From positions 1 through 41,280 of the IMG/VR virus record IMGVR_UViG_2718218131_000003: a stretch of DNA of 41,280 nucleotides. One strand, written 5' to 3'. The position numbers and the translations under genes are program-made. Numbering within the stretch: the stretch's first letter is position 1; each line of letters starts with the position of its first letter. Positions 27,911-37,878 of the stretch are shown in pieces. Under the pieces are notes generated by a model, which did not search any database, was not told where the DNA came from, and saw only the letters and a list, made by a program, of their open reading frames with translations. Source of the DNA: a virus (lineage: Duplodnaviria > Heunggongvirae > Uroviricota > Caudoviricetes).

Positions 27911-28333
27911 ATGTTTCTGAAAACAGAACAATTTGAATATAACGGTGTGTCCGTCACGCTTTCCGAATTGTCTGCGCTGCAGCGGTTTGATTATATAAAG
28001 TTTGTTTCAGACGCAGAACAACAGGAGACAACGAAGCATGATGTCGTGCACATTAACCAGCGATATCTGGAAACGGCATCCCTGCTTGTGGCGATGTCGC
28101 TATGGCATTCCCATTCCCTCAAAGGCACTCTGGCCTCTCCGGAGACAGAGATGCAGCAGATCCGCCGTGAAGTGATGCTGGGATGGCCTGCTGATGCACT
28201 GAATCAGGCAACGAACCGGGTGCTTTATCTTTCAGGTATGCTGGATAACCGGCACGATGCCGATCCTGAACAAACCGGGAAAGCAGAAGCGACTGAGCCG
28301 GTAACATCAAAAAAGCATTCGAAGGCGAGCTGA
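27911..28333 (+). CDS. G: tail assembly chaperone (lambda gpG-like)
   Basis: 140 aa; MFLKTEQFEYNGVSVTLSELSALQR...LVAMSLWH parallels lambda G. Confidence 0.85.
   Translation: MFLKTEQFEYNGVSVTLSELSALQRFDYIKFVSDAEQQETTKHDVVHINQRYLETASLLVAMSLWHSHSLKGTLASPETEMQQIRREVMLGWPADALNQATNRVLYLSGMLDNRHDADPEQTGKAEATEPVTSKKHSKAS
28309..28315 (+). promoter_or_regulatory. programmed -1 ribosomal frameshift site A_AAA_AAG (G to G-T)
   Basis: Heptamer A AAA AAG sits in X_XXY_YYZ phase in the G frame, 18 nt before the G stop; the -1 frame is open from 28297 and continues as the T-like sequence (KKAFEGELNFVLKLAREMGRPDWR...). Confidence 0.7.
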
Positions 28334-28668
28334 ACTTTGTCCTGAAACTGGCGCGAGAGATGGGGAGACCCGACTGGCGCGCCATGCTTGCCGGGATGAC
28401 ATCCACCGAATATGCCGACTGGCGACGTTTTTACTGCACGCATTATTTTCAGGATACCCAGCTGGATATGCATTTTTCCGGGCTGACGTACGCCGTACTC
28501 AGCCTGTTTTTTTGCGATCCGGATATGCATCCGGCGGATTTCAGCCTGTTCGCTCCGGAGGCAGAGGAAGGGCAGGCGGAGACGCCGGACGAAAATGATG
28601 TACTGATGCAGAAGGCGGCGGGCCTCGCCGGTGGAGTCCGTTTCGGGGAGGAGGGAAGGAGGTTGTGA
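28315..28668 (+). CDS. T: tail assembly protein T segment (translated as G-T fusion by -1 frameshift)
   Basis: -1 frame relative to G; product region FEGELNFVLKLAREMGRPDWRAMLAGMTSTEYADWRRFY...VLMQKAAGLAGGVRFG parallels the lambda gpT portion of G-T. Confidence 0.8.
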   Translation, partial: AFEGELNFVLKLAREMGRPDWRAMLAGMTSTEYADWRRFYCTHYFQDTQLDMHFSGLTYAVLSLFFCDPDMHPADFSLFAPEAEEGQAETPDENDVLMQKAAGLAGGVRFGEEGRRL

Positions 28669-28702
28669 CAGTTATTGATGGTATCAGAGGACATTTCAGG
28701 AG

Positions 28703-31357
28703 GTGACCACGATGGCAGGTAATTTTGCCGATCTGACAGCCGTGCTGACACTGGATTCTGCCCGTTTTTCTGAAGAGGCAGCGCGGGTAAAAAAAGAGCT
28801 GGGTGAAACCAGTGCGCTTGCTGATTTGATGTCCGGGAAAGTCAGTCAGTCTTTCAGAAAACAGGCTGATGCTGCTGAGCAGAGTCTGAGCCGACAGGCG
28901 CTGGCTGCACAAAAAGCCGGGATATCAGTCGGACAGTATAAGGCTGCCATGCGCACACTGCCCGCACAGTTCACGGATATTGTCACTCAGCTTGCCGGTG
29001 GTCAGAATCCCTTCCTTATCATGCTGCAGCAGGGGGGGCAGATCAGCGATTCATTCGGTGGACCGCTCAGCCTGCTTACCCTGCTGAAGGAGGAACTTCT
29101 CGGGATCAGGGATGCCTCTGAATCATCAGAGGAGTCGCTGTCAGATACGGCAAATGCACTGGCTGAAAATGCCCGGAATGCCGGTGAGCTGGGACGATTT
29201 ATGTCGGTGGCCCGTGTGGCGGCAGGTGGCGGGGTTGCCGTACTGGCCGCGCTTGCTGCCGCCGCCTGGCAGGCAGAGCAGGCTGACCGGGCCTTATTGC
29301 GTTCACTGACCCTGACCGGAGGGGCTGCTGCCACCACAACGGCAGAATTGTGGAAAATGGCCGGGGTGATCAGCGATGAAGCCGGTGGTGGTATCAGACA
29401 GGCGGCAGAAAATCTGGCCCGTCTGGCAGAAAGCGGGAAATATACCGCCGGGCAGCTACGGATCATGGGGGAAACCTCTCAGAGATGGCTGCAGACGGTG
29501 GGGGACGATGCCGGGAAGGTGGAAAAAGCCTTTGAAGGGATTGCAGCAGATCCGGTGAAGGCGCTGGCCTCCCTGAATCAGCAGTATAACTTCCTGAGCG
29601 TTTCCCAGTTACGCCATATTGATGAGCTTGAGCGCACGAAAGGTAAACAGGCTGCGGTGACGGAGGCGATGTCCCTGTTTGCGGATGTCATGAATGCACG
29701 TCTGGAGCAACTTGATAAAGCGGCCACGCCGGTGGAAAAAATCTGGGACGATGTTAAAACCTGGACTTCTGACGCATGGGCATGGATAGGTGATCATACA
29801 CTGGGGGCACTCAGTCTGATCACTGACGTGGTGGCCGGAACCGTTGAACAAGTGAAGCTGCTGCTTGTGCAGGGGGATCTGGCGCTGGCTGAATTTATTC
29901 AGTCAGCCTGGGAAACGACAAAGAATGTGCCCGGCGTTGGTGCGTTGTTTGGTGAACTGGCAGAAGAGAACCGCGTATTTATTGAGAAAACAAAACGTGA
30001 TGAACTGGCGCTGAGAAAATCCATTGCGGAACGGGATGCGCGTATACGCCAGGGGGAAATGGGGTACATCAACCGCTCGCGTGCAACAGGCGTCAGCAAA
30101 GGTCCTGGGCAGCAGGAAGCCGTCAGCCGTCTGGCTGAAGAGCTGACAGGTAAAAAGCATACATCACCGAAAACGCGCTCTGCCGGGGAGAGGGAAGAGG
30201 AGCAGGCAAGAGAGGCTCTGCTTGCCCTTGAAGCTGAGCTCAGGACGCTGGAAAAACACAGCGGTGCGAATGAGAAAATCAGTCTGCAGCGCCGGGATTT
30301 ATGGAAGGCGGAAAGTCAGTATGCGGTCCTGAAAGAGGCTGCCACGAAACGACAGTTATCTGAGCAGGAAAAATCCCTGCTGGCGCATAAAGACGAGACG
30401 CTGGAGTACAAACGCCAGCTGGCTGAGCTGGGCGACAAGGTTGAACACCAGAAACGCCTGAATGAGCTGGCACAGCAGGCGGTGCGGTTTGAAGAGCAGC
30501 AGAGCGCGAAGCAGGCCGCCATCAGCGCAAAAGCCCGCGGTCTCACTGACCGTCAGGCGCAGCGGGAGTCTGAAGCGCAGCGTCTTCGGGACGTGTACGG
30601 TGATAATCCGGCTGCGCTGGCGAAGGCCACATCGGCACTGAAGAACACCTGGTCTGCGGAGGAGCAGCTTCGTGGAAGCTGGATGGCCGGGCTGAAGTCC
30701 GGCTGGGGCGAGTGGGCGGAAAGTGCGACGGACAGTTTTTCGCAGGTTAAAAGTGCTGCCACGCAGACCTTTGACGGTATTGCACAGAATATGGCGGCGA
30801 TGCTGACCGGTGCAGAGGCAGACTGGCGGGGATTCACCCGTTCCGTGCTGTCCATGATGACAGAAATTCTGCTTAAGCAGGCAATGGTGGGAATTGTCGG
30901 GAGTATCGGCAGCGCCATTGGCGGTGCTTTCGGTGGTGGTGCGTCTGCCTCCACGGGGACGGCCATTCAGGCTGCGGCGGCGAACTTCCATTTCGCGACC
31001 GGGGGATTTACGGGAACCGGCGGCAAATATGAGCCAGCGGGGATTGTTCACCGTGGTGAATTTGTCTTCACGAAGGAGGCAACCAGCCGGATTGGTGTCG
31101 GCAACCTGTACCGCCTGATGCGGGGCTATGCGGAAGGTGGTTATGTGGGCGGTGCCGGAAGTCCGGCGCAGATGCGGCGGGCTGAAGGCATTAATTTTAA
31201 TCAGAACAATCACGTGGTGATTCAGAACGACGGTACGAATGGTCTGCCAGGTCCACAGATGATGAAGGCAGTGTATGACATGGCCCGCAAGGGTGCCCGT
31301 GATGAAATTCAGACACAGATGCGCGATGGTGGTCTGTTCTCCGGAGGTGGACGATGA
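28703..31357 (+). CDS. H: tail tape measure protein (lambda gpH-like)
   Basis: 884 aa; C-terminal half near-collinear with lambda H as recalled (LQAELRTLEKHSGANEKISLQRRDLWKAESQYAVL..., GGFTGTGGKYEPAGIVHRGEFVFTKEATSRIGVGNLYRLMRGY, final MRDGGLFSGGGR). Confidence 0.9.
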   Translation: MTTMAGNFADLTAVLTLDSARFSEEAARVKKELGETSALADLMSGKVSQSFRKQADAAEQSLSRQALAAQKAGISVGQYKAAMRTLPAQFTDIVTQLAGGQNPFLIMLQQGGQISDSFGGPLSLLTLLKEELLGIRDASESSEESLSDTANALAENARNAGELGRFMSVARVAAGGGVAVLAALAAAAWQAEQADRALLRSLTLTGGAAATTTAELWKMAGVISDEAGGGIRQAAENLARLAESGKYTAGQLRIMGETSQRWLQTVGDDAGKVEKAFEGIAADPVKALASLNQQYNFLSVSQLRHIDELERTKGKQAAVTEAMSLFADVMNARLEQLDKAATPVEKIWDDVKTWTSDAWAWIGDHTLGALSLITDVVAGTVEQVKLLLVQGDLALAEFIQSAWETTKNVPGVGALFGELAEENRVFIEKTKRDELALRKSIAERDARIRQGEMGYINRSRATGVSKGPGQQEAVSRLAEELTGKKHTSPKTRSAGEREEEQAREALLALEAELRTLEKHSGANEKISLQRRDLWKAESQYAVLKEAATKRQLSEQEKSLLAHKDETLEYKRQLAELGDKVEHQKRLNELAQQAVRFEEQQSAKQAAISAKARGLTDRQAQRESEAQRLRDVYGDNPAALAKATSALKNTWSAEEQLRGSWMAGLKSGWGEWAESATDSFSQVKSAATQTFDGIAQNMAAMLTGAEADWRGFTRSVLSMMTEILLKQAMVGIVGSIGSAIGGAFGGGASASTGTAIQAAAANFHFATGGFTGTGGKYEPAGIVHRGEFVFTKEATSRIGVGNLYRLMRGYAEGGYVGGAGSPAQMRRAEGINFNQNNHVVIQNDGTNGLPGPQMMKAVYDMARKGARDEIQTQMRDGGLFSGGGR

Positions 31358-31683
31358 AGACCTTCCGCTGGAAAGTGAAACCCGGTATGGATGTGGCTTC
31401 GGCCCCTTCCGTCAGGAAAGTGCGCTTTGGTGATGGCTATTCCCAGCGAGCGCCTGCCGGGCTGAATGCCGACCTGAAAACGTACAGCGTGACGCTGTCT
31501 GTCTCCCGTGAAGAGGCCACGGCGCTGGAGTCGTTTCTGGCTGAGCACGGGGGCTGGAAGGCCTTTCTGTGGACGCCGCCTTATGGTTACAGGCAGATAA
31601 AGGTGACCTGCGCAAAATGGTCGTCGCAGGTCCGTATGTTGCGTGTTGAGTTCAGCGCAGAGTTTGAACAGGTGGTGAACTGA
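31354..31683 (+). CDS. M: tail tip protein (lambda gpM-like)
   Basis: 109 aa; MKTFRWKVKPGMDVAS...VTCAKWSS...VEFSAEFEQVVN matches lambda M; ATGA overlap with the H stop. Confidence 0.85.
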   Translation: MKTFRWKVKPGMDVASAPSVRKVRFGDGYSQRAPAGLNADLKTYSVTLSVSREEATALESFLAEHGGWKAFLWTPPYGYRQIKVTCAKWSSQVRMLRVEFSAEFEQVVN

Positions 31684-32381
31684 TGCAGGATATCCGGCAG
31701 GAAACACTGAATGAATGCACCCGTGCGGAGCAGTCGGCCAGCGTGGTGCTCTGGGAAATCGATCTGACAGAGGTCGGTGGAGAACGTTATTTTTTCTGTA
31801 ATGAGCAGAACGAAAAAGGTGAGCCGGTCACCTGGCAGGGGCGACAGTATCAGCCGTATCCCATTCAGGGGAGTGGTTTTGAACTGAATGGCAAAGGCAC
31901 CAGTACGCGCCCCACGCTGACGGTTTCTAACCTGTACGGTATGGTCACCGGGATGGCGGAAGATATGCAGAGTCTGGTCGGCGGAACGGTGGTCCGGCGT
32001 AAGGTTTACGCCCGTTTTCTGGATGCGGTGAACTTCGTCAACGGAAACAGTTACGCCGATCCGGAGCAGGAGGTGATCAGCCGCTGGCGCATTGAGCAGT
32101 GCAGCGAACTGAGCGCGGTGAGTGCCTCCTTTGTACTGTCCACGCCGACGGAAACGGATGGCGCTGTTTTTCCGGGACGTATCATGCTGGCCAACACCTG
32201 CACCTGGACCTATCGCGGTGACGAGTGCGGTTATAGCGGTCCGGCTGTCGCGGATGAATATGACCAGCCAACGTCCGATATAACGAAGGATAAATGCAGC
32301 AAATGCCTGAGCGGCTGTAAGTTCCGCAATAACGTCGGCAACTTTGGCGGTTTCCTTTCCATTAACAAACTTTCGCAGTAA
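31683..32381 (+). CDS. L: tail tip protein (lambda gpL-like)
   Basis: 232 aa; conserved Cys cluster (CTWTYRGDECGY, CSKCLSGC) as in lambda L. Confidence 0.85.
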   Translation: MQDIRQETLNECTRAEQSASVVLWEIDLTEVGGERYFFCNEQNEKGEPVTWQGRQYQPYPIQGSGFELNGKGTSTRPTLTVSNLYGMVTGMAEDMQSLVGGTVVRRKVYARFLDAVNFVNGNSYADPEQEVISRWRIEQCSELSAVSASFVLSTPTETDGAVFPGRIMLANTCTWTYRGDECGYSGPAVADEYDQPTSDITKDKCSKCLSGCKFRNNVGNFGGFLSINKLSQ

Positions 32382-32385
32382 TCCC

Positions 32386-33129
32386 ATGACAGAGACAGAA
32401 TCAGCGATTCTGGCGCACGCCCGGCGATGTGCGCCAGCGGAGTCGTGCGGCTTCGTGGTGAGAACGCCGGAGGGGGAAAGCTATTTTCCCTGCGTGAATA
32501 TTTCCGGTGAGCCGGAGGATTATTTCCGGATGGCTCCGGAGGACTGGCTGCAGGCAGAAATGCAGGGTGAGATTGTGGCGCTGGTCCACAGCCACCCCGG
32601 TGGTCTGCCCTGGCTGAGTGAGGCCGACCGGCGGCTGCAGGTGCAGAGTGATTTGCCGTGGTGGCTGGTCTGCCGGGGGGCGATTCATAAATTCCGCTGT
32701 GTGCCGCATCTCACCGGGCGGCGCTTTGAGCACGGGGTGACGGACTGTTACACGCTGTTCCGGGATGCTTATCATCTGGCGGGGATTGAGATGCCGGATT
32801 TTCATCGCGAGGATGACTGGTGGCGTAACGGTCAGAATCTCTATCTTGACAATATGGAGGCGACGGGTTTTTACCGTGTCGCACTGACAGAGGCGCAGCC
32901 TGGCGATGTGCTGCTGTGCTGTTTTGGTTCATCGGTGCCGAATCATGCCGCCATTTACTGTGGTGACGGCGAGCTGCTGCACCATATTCCTGAACAACTG
33001 AGCAAACGAGAGAGGTATACCGACAAATGGCAGCGACGCACACACTCCCTCTGGCGTCACCGGGCATGGCGCGCATCTGCCTTTACGGGGATTTGCAACG
33101 ATTTGGCCGCCGCATCGACCTTCGTGTGA
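32386..33129 (+). CDS. K: tail tip assembly protein (lambda gpK-like, NlpC/P60 / JAB-type domains)
   Basis: ATG at 32386, 5 nt after the L stop; HSHPGG metal-binding motif and Cys-His segment (CYTLFRDAYHL) as in lambda K. Confidence 0.8.
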   Translation: MTETESAILAHARRCAPAESCGFVVRTPEGESYFPCVNISGEPEDYFRMAPEDWLQAEMQGEIVALVHSHPGGLPWLSEADRRLQVQSDLPWWLVCRGAIHKFRCVPHLTGRRFEHGVTDCYTLFRDAYHLAGIEMPDFHREDDWWRNGQNLYLDNMEATGFYRVALTEAQPGDVLLCCFGSSVPNHAAIYCGDGELLHHIPEQLSKRERYTDKWQRRTHSLWRHRAWRASAFTGICNDLAAASTFV

Positions 33130-33698
33130 AAACGGGGGCTGAAGCCATCCGCGCACTGGCCACACAGCTCCCGGTGTTTCGTCAGAAACTGAGCGACGGC
33201 TGGTATCAGGTACGGATTGCCGGGCGGGACGTCAGCACGTCCGGGTTAACGGCGCAGTTACATGAGACTCTGCCTGACGGCGCTGTGATTCATATTGTTC
33301 CCAGAGTCGCCGGGGCCAAGCCAGGGGGCGTATTCCAGATTGTTCTGGGGGCTGCCGCCATTGCCGGATCATTCTTTACTGCCGGAGCCACCCTTGCAGC
33401 ATGGGGGGCAGCCATTGGGGCCGGTGGTATGACCGGTATCCTGTTTTCTCTCGGTGCCAGTATGGTGCTCGGTGGTGTGGCGCAGATGCTGGCACCGAAA
33501 GCCAGGACGCCCACGGCAGCAAGTACAGATAACGGCAAACAGAACACCTATTTCTCCTCACTGGATAACATGGTTGCCCAGGGCAATGTTCTGCCGGTTC
33601 TGTACGGTGAAATGCGCGTGGGGTCACGCGTGGTTTCTCAGGAGATCAGCACGGCAGACGAAGGGGATGGTGGTCAGGTTGTGGTGATTGGTCGCTGA
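33027..33698 (+). CDS. I: tail tip assembly protein (lambda gpI-like)
   Basis: 223 aa; N-terminus MAATHTLPLASPGMARICLYGDLQRFGRRIDLRVKTGAEAIRALATQLP matches lambda I as recalled; overlaps the K 3' end in another frame. Confidence 0.85.
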   Translation: MAATHTLPLASPGMARICLYGDLQRFGRRIDLRVKTGAEAIRALATQLPVFRQKLSDGWYQVRIAGRDVSTSGLTAQLHETLPDGAVIHIVPRVAGAKPGGVFQIVLGAAAIAGSFFTAGATLAAWGAAIGAGGMTGILFSLGASMVLGGVAQMLAPKARTPTAASTDNGKQNTYFSSLDNMVAQGNVLPVLYGEMRVGSRVVSQEISTADEGDGGQVVVIGR

Positions 33699-33758
33699 TG
33701 AAAAACGTTTTATGTGAAACCGCCTGCGGGCGGTTTTGTCGTATATGGAGCATGACGA

Positions 33759-36700
33759 ATGGGTAAAGGCAGCAGTAAGGGGCATACCCCGCGTGAAGCG
33801 AAGGACAACCTGAAATCAACGCAGTTGCTGAGTGTGATTGATGCCATTAGTGAAGGCCCGATTGAAGGTCCGGTGGATGGGTTAAAAAGCGTGCTGCTGA
33901 ACAGTACGCCGGTGCTGGACAGTGAGGGGAATACCAACATCTCCGGCGTCACGGTGGTGTTCCGGGCAGGTGAGCAGGAGCAGACACCGCCGGAAGGTTT
34001 TGAATCCTCCGGCTCCGAGACGGTGCTGGGTACGGAAGTGAAATATGACACGCCGATCACCCGCACCATCACGTCGGCAAACATCGACCGTCTGCGCTTT
34101 ACCTTCGGTGTGCAGGCACTGGTGGAAACCACCTCAAAGGGGGACCGGAATCCGTCGGAAGTTCGCCTGCTGGTTCAGATACAGCGTAATGGTGGCTGGG
34201 TGACGGAAAAAGACATCACCATTAAGGGCAAAACCACCTCGCAGTATCTGGCCTCGGTGGTGGTGGATAACCTGCCGCCGCGCCCGTTTAATATCCGGAT
34301 GCGCAGGATGACGCCGGACAGCACCACAGACCAGCTGCAGAACAAAACGCTCTGGTCGTCATACACCGAAATCATCGATGTGAAACAGTGCTACCCGAAC
34401 ACGGCACTGGTCGGCGTACAGGTGGACTCGGAGCAGTTCGGCAGCCAGCAGGTGAGTCGTAATTATCATCTTCGCGGGCGCATTCTGCAGGTGCCGTCGA
34501 ACTATAACCCGCAGACGCGACAATACAGCGGTATCTGGGACGGAACGTTTAAGCCAGCATACAGCAACAACATGGTCTGGTGTCTGTGGGATATGCTGAC
34601 CCATCCGCGCTACGGCATGGGGAAACGTCTTGGTGCGGCGGATGTGGATAAATGGGCGCTGTATGTCATCGGCCAGTACTGCGACCAGTCAGTGCCGGAC
34701 GGCTTTGGCGGCACGGAGCCGCGCATCACCTGTAATGCGTACCTGACCACACAGCGCAAGGCGTGGGATGTGCTCAGTGATTTCTGCTCGGCGATGCGCT
34801 GTATGCCGGTATGGAACGGGCAGACGCTGACGTTCGTGCAGGACCGACCATCAGATAAGGTGTGGACCTATAACCGCAGTAATGTGGTGATGCCGGATGA
34901 TGGCGCGCCGTTCCGCTACAGCTTCAGCGCCCTGAAGGACCGCCATAATGCCGTTGAGGTGAACTGGATTGACCCGAACAACGGCTGGGAGACGGCGACA
35001 GAGCTTGTTGAAGATACGCAGGCCATTGCCCGTTACGGTCGTAATGTCACGAAGATGGATGCCTTTGGCTGTACCAGCCGGGGGCAGGCACACCGCGCCG
35101 GGCTGTGGCTGATTAAAACGGAGCTGCTGGAGACGCAGACCGTGGATTTCAGCGTGGGTGCCGAAGGGCTTCGCCATGTGCCGGGTGATGTTATTGAAAT
35201 CTGCGATGATGACTATGCGGGGATCAGCATCGGCGGGCGTGTGCTGGCGGTGAACAGCCAGACCCGGACACTGACGCTCGACCGTGAAATCACGCTGCCA
35301 TCTTCCGGCACCACGCTGATAAGCCTGGTTGACGGACAGGGGAATCCGGTCAGCGTGGAGGTCCAGTCCGTCACCGACGGCGTGAAGGTGAAAGTGAGCC
35401 GGGTTCCTGACGGCGTTGCCGAGTACAGCGTGTGGGGGCTGAAGCTGCCGACGCTGCGCCAGCGCCTGTTCCGCTGCGTGAGTATCCGTGAGAACGACGA
35501 CGGCACGTATGCCATCACCGCCGTGCAGCATGTACCGGAAAAAGAGGCCATCGTGGATAACGGGGCGTACTTTGACGGCGACCAGAGCGGCACGGTGAAT
35601 GGTGTCACGCCGCCAGCGGTGCAGCACCTGACCGCCGAAGTCACCGCAGACAGCGGGGAATATCAGGTGCTGGCGCGCTGGGACACGCCGAAGGTGGTGA
35701 AGGGCGTGAACTTCCTGCTTCGCCTGACCGTGGCTGCGGATGATGGCAGTGAACGGCTGGTCAGCACGGCCCGGACGACGGAAACCACATACCGCTTCAG
35801 GCAACTGGCGCTGGGAAATTACAGGCTGACAGTCCGGGCGGCAAATGCCTGGGGGCAGCAGGGCGATCCGGCATCGGTATCGTTCCGGATTGCCGCACCG
35901 GCAGCGCCGTCGCGGATTGAGCTGACGCCGGGCTATTTTCAGATAACCGCCACGCCGCATCTTGCCGTTTATGACCCGACGGTACAGTTTGAGTTCTGGT
36001 TCTCGGAAAAGCGGATTACCGATATCAGGCAGGTTGAAACCACAGCCCGCTATCTTGGTACGGCGCTGTACTGGATAGCCGCCAGTATCAATATCAAACC
36101 GGGCCATGATTATTACTTTTATATCCGCAGTGTGAACACCGTTGGCAAATCGGCATTCGTGGAGGCTGTCGGTCGGGCGAGCGATGATGCGGAAGGTTAT
36201 CTGGATTTTTTCAAAGGCAAGATAACCGAATCTCATCTCGGCAAGGAGCTGCTGGAAAAAGTCGATCTGACGGAGGATAACGCCAGCAGACTGGATGAGT
36301 TTTCGAAAGAGTGGAAGGACGCTAACGATAAATGGAATGCCATGTGGGGCGTCAAAATTGAGCAGACCGAAGACGGCAGGCATTATGTCGCGGGGCTTGG
36401 CCTTAGCATGGAGGATACAGAGGAAGGCAAACTGAGCCAGTTCCTGGTTGCCGCTAACCGTATCGCGTTTATTGACCCGGCAAACGGGAATGAAACGCCG
36501 ATGTTTGTGGCGCAGGGCAATCAGATATTCATGAACGAAGTATTCCTGAAGTATCTGACGGCTCCTACCATTACCAGTGGCGGTAATCCTCCGGTATTTT
36601 CGCTGACACCGGACGGAAAGCTGACCGCTAAAAATGCGGATATCAGTGGCAGTGTGAATGCGAACGCCGGGACGCTCAACAACGTCACGATTAATGAGAG

Positions 36701-37151
36701 CTGTACTATTAAGGGGATGCTTGATGCTAACCAGGTGCGTGGTGATTTTGTAAAAACGACAGGGCATCGATTTCCGCACCCCGGGGAATACCCACAGGGT
36801 TCACTTACCGTTCATATTAAGGACGATCATGCCTTTGACAGGCAGATTATAATTCAACCAATCATGTACGGTGCACCACCATATTTTAGTAAAAAAGATG
36901 ACGCTAATATCTACGATACCTGCAGATTAATTGTGCGCAAAAATGGCAATGTAATCTATGACAAATCCACTAGTGGTTCGAAAAGGACAACAGTCGTGTA
37001 CAGCAATATCATTGATATGCCAGTGGGGGACGGAGATGTAATATTAACATTTGAAGTTCAGTCGAGCGGCAGTGGAGAGCCCAGAACATGGATCAGTGAT
37101 TTAATGGTCTCGGTAACGAAAAAAGCCGCATCCGGTATCAGTATCAGTTGA
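33759..37151 (+). CDS. J: central tail fibre / host specificity protein (lambda gpJ-like)
   Basis: 1130-aa ORF at the J position after I; size and fibronectin-type repeats typical of gpJ; C-terminal ~150 aa (receptor-binding region) not recognisably lambda-like. Confidence 0.9.
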   Translation: MGKGSSKGHTPREAKDNLKSTQLLSVIDAISEGPIEGPVDGLKSVLLNSTPVLDSEGNTNISGVTVVFRAGEQEQTPPEGFESSGSETVLGTEVKYDTPITRTITSANIDRLRFTFGVQALVETTSKGDRNPSEVRLLVQIQRNGGWVTEKDITIKGKTTSQYLASVVVDNLPPRPFNIRMRRMTPDSTTDQLQNKTLWSSYTEIIDVKQCYPNTALVGVQVDSEQFGSQQVSRNYHLRGRILQVPSNYNPQTRQYSGIWDGTFKPAYSNNMVWCLWDMLTHPRYGMGKRLGAADVDKWALYVIGQYCDQSVPDGFGGTEPRITCNAYLTTQRKAWDVLSDFCSAMRCMPVWNGQTLTFVQDRPSDKVWTYNRSNVVMPDDGAPFRYSFSALKDRHNAVEVNWIDPNNGWETATELVEDTQAIARYGRNVTKMDAFGCTSRGQAHRAGLWLIKTELLETQTVDFSVGAEGLRHVPGDVIEICDDDYAGISIGGRVLAVNSQTRTLTLDREITLPSSGTTLISLVDGQGNPVSVEVQSVTDGVKVKVSRVPDGVAEYSVWGLKLPTLRQRLFRCVSIRENDDGTYAITAVQHVPEKEAIVDNGAYFDGDQSGTVNGVTPPAVQHLTAEVTADSGEYQVLARWDTPKVVKGVNFLLRLTVAADDGSERLVSTARTTETTYRFRQLALGNYRLTVRAANAWGQQGDPASVSFRIAAPAAPSRIELTPGYFQITATPHLAVYDPTVQFEFWFSEKRITDIRQVETTARYLGTALYWIAASINIKPGHDYYFYIRSVNTVGKSAFVEAVGRASDDAEGYLDFFKGKITESHLGKELLEKVDLTEDNASRLDEFSKEWKDANDKWNAMWGVKIEQTEDGRHYVAGLGLSMEDTEEGKLSQFLVAANRIAFIDPANGNETPMFVAQGNQIFMNEVFLKYLTAPTITSGGNPPVFSLTPDGKLTAKNADISGSVNANAGTLNNVTINESCTIKGMLDANQVRGDFVKTTGHRFPHPGEYPQGSLTVHIKDDHAFDRQIIIQPIMYGAPPYFSKKDDANIYDTCRLIVRKNGNVIYDKSTSGSKRTTVVYSNIIDMPVGDGDVILTFEVQSSGSGEPRTWISDLMVSVTKKAASGISIS

Positions 37152-37171
37152 AATTTTTATAACCCCAATAC

Positions 37172-37197
37172 GGGCGCCAGAAATGGCGCCTTTTTTA
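37172..37197 (+). terminator. intrinsic terminator downstream of J
   Basis: Hairpin GGCGCC-AGAAAT-GGCGCC followed by TTTTTT. Confidence 0.65.
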
Positions 37198-37220
37198 TTG
37201 CAGAAAAGCGAGAGGTAATT

Positions 37221-37820
37221 ATGCGTAAATTATGTGCTGTTATTCTGTCCGCAGTAGTCTGGCTGGTTGCCGCTGGTACGCCAGCGAGCGCAGCAGAGCA
37301 TCAGTCCACACTAAGCGCCGGGTATCTTCAGACCCATACTGATATGCCAGGCAGCGATGACCTGAAGGGCATTAACGTGAAATACCGTTATGAATTTACG
37401 GACACGCTGGGGCTGGTGACGTCATTCAGCTATGCAGGAGACAAGAATCGCCAGCTTACCCGTTACAGCGATACCCGCTGGCATGAAGATTCCGTGCGTA
37501 ACCGCTGGTTCAGCGTAATGGCGGGGCCGTCTGTGCGCGTGAATGAATGGTTCAGCGCGTATGCGATGGCGGGTGTGGCTTACAGCCGTGTGTCGACTTT
37601 CTCCGGGGATTATCTTCGCGTAACTGACAACAAGGGGAAAACGCACGATGTGCTGACCGGAAGTGATGACGGTCGCCACAGCGACACCTCTCTGGCGTGG
37701 GGAGCTGGCGTGCAGTTTAACCCGACCGAATCCGTGGCCATTGATGTCGCTTATGAAGGCTCCGGCAGTGGCGACTGGCGCACTGACGGTTTCATCGTGG
37801 GTGTCGGTTATAAGTTCTGA
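37221..37820 (+). CDS. lom: outer membrane protein Lom (Ail/Lom family beta-barrel)
   Basis: 199 aa with signal peptide ([14 protein letters not shown]) and C-terminal beta-strand ending GVGYKF; at the lambda lom position after J. Confidence 0.85.
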
Positions 37821-37847
37821 TTAGCCAGGTAACACAGTGTTATGACA

Positions 37848-37873
37848 GCCCGCCGGTTCAGGCGGGCTTTTTT
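37848..37873 (+). terminator. intrinsic terminator downstream of lom
   Basis: Hairpin GCCCGCC-GGTTCA-GGCGGGC followed by TTTTTT. Confidence 0.65.
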
Positions 37874-37878
37874 GTGGG

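Noticed and set aside
28277-28283. GGGAAAG heptamer as the G-T frameshift site (as in lambda)
   Set aside because: In the G frame it is phased GGG_AAA_G rather than G_GGA_AAG, and the -1 frame has a stop at 28294..28296; the in-phase A_AAA_AAG at 28309..28315 is the plausible site.
30356-31213. 285-aa minus-strand ORF inside the tape measure gene (and similar antisense ORFs at 24753..25433, 27238..27957, 31587..32387)
   Set aside because: Antisense ORFs within well-supported lambda-like structural genes; low-complexity products and no RBS.
34851-36779. 642-aa minus-strand ORF inside the J gene
   Set aside because: Antisense to a gene whose plus-strand product is the expected gpJ-like protein; the product is Arg/Pro/Ala-rich low-complexity sequence typical of spurious ORFs in GC-rich coding DNA.
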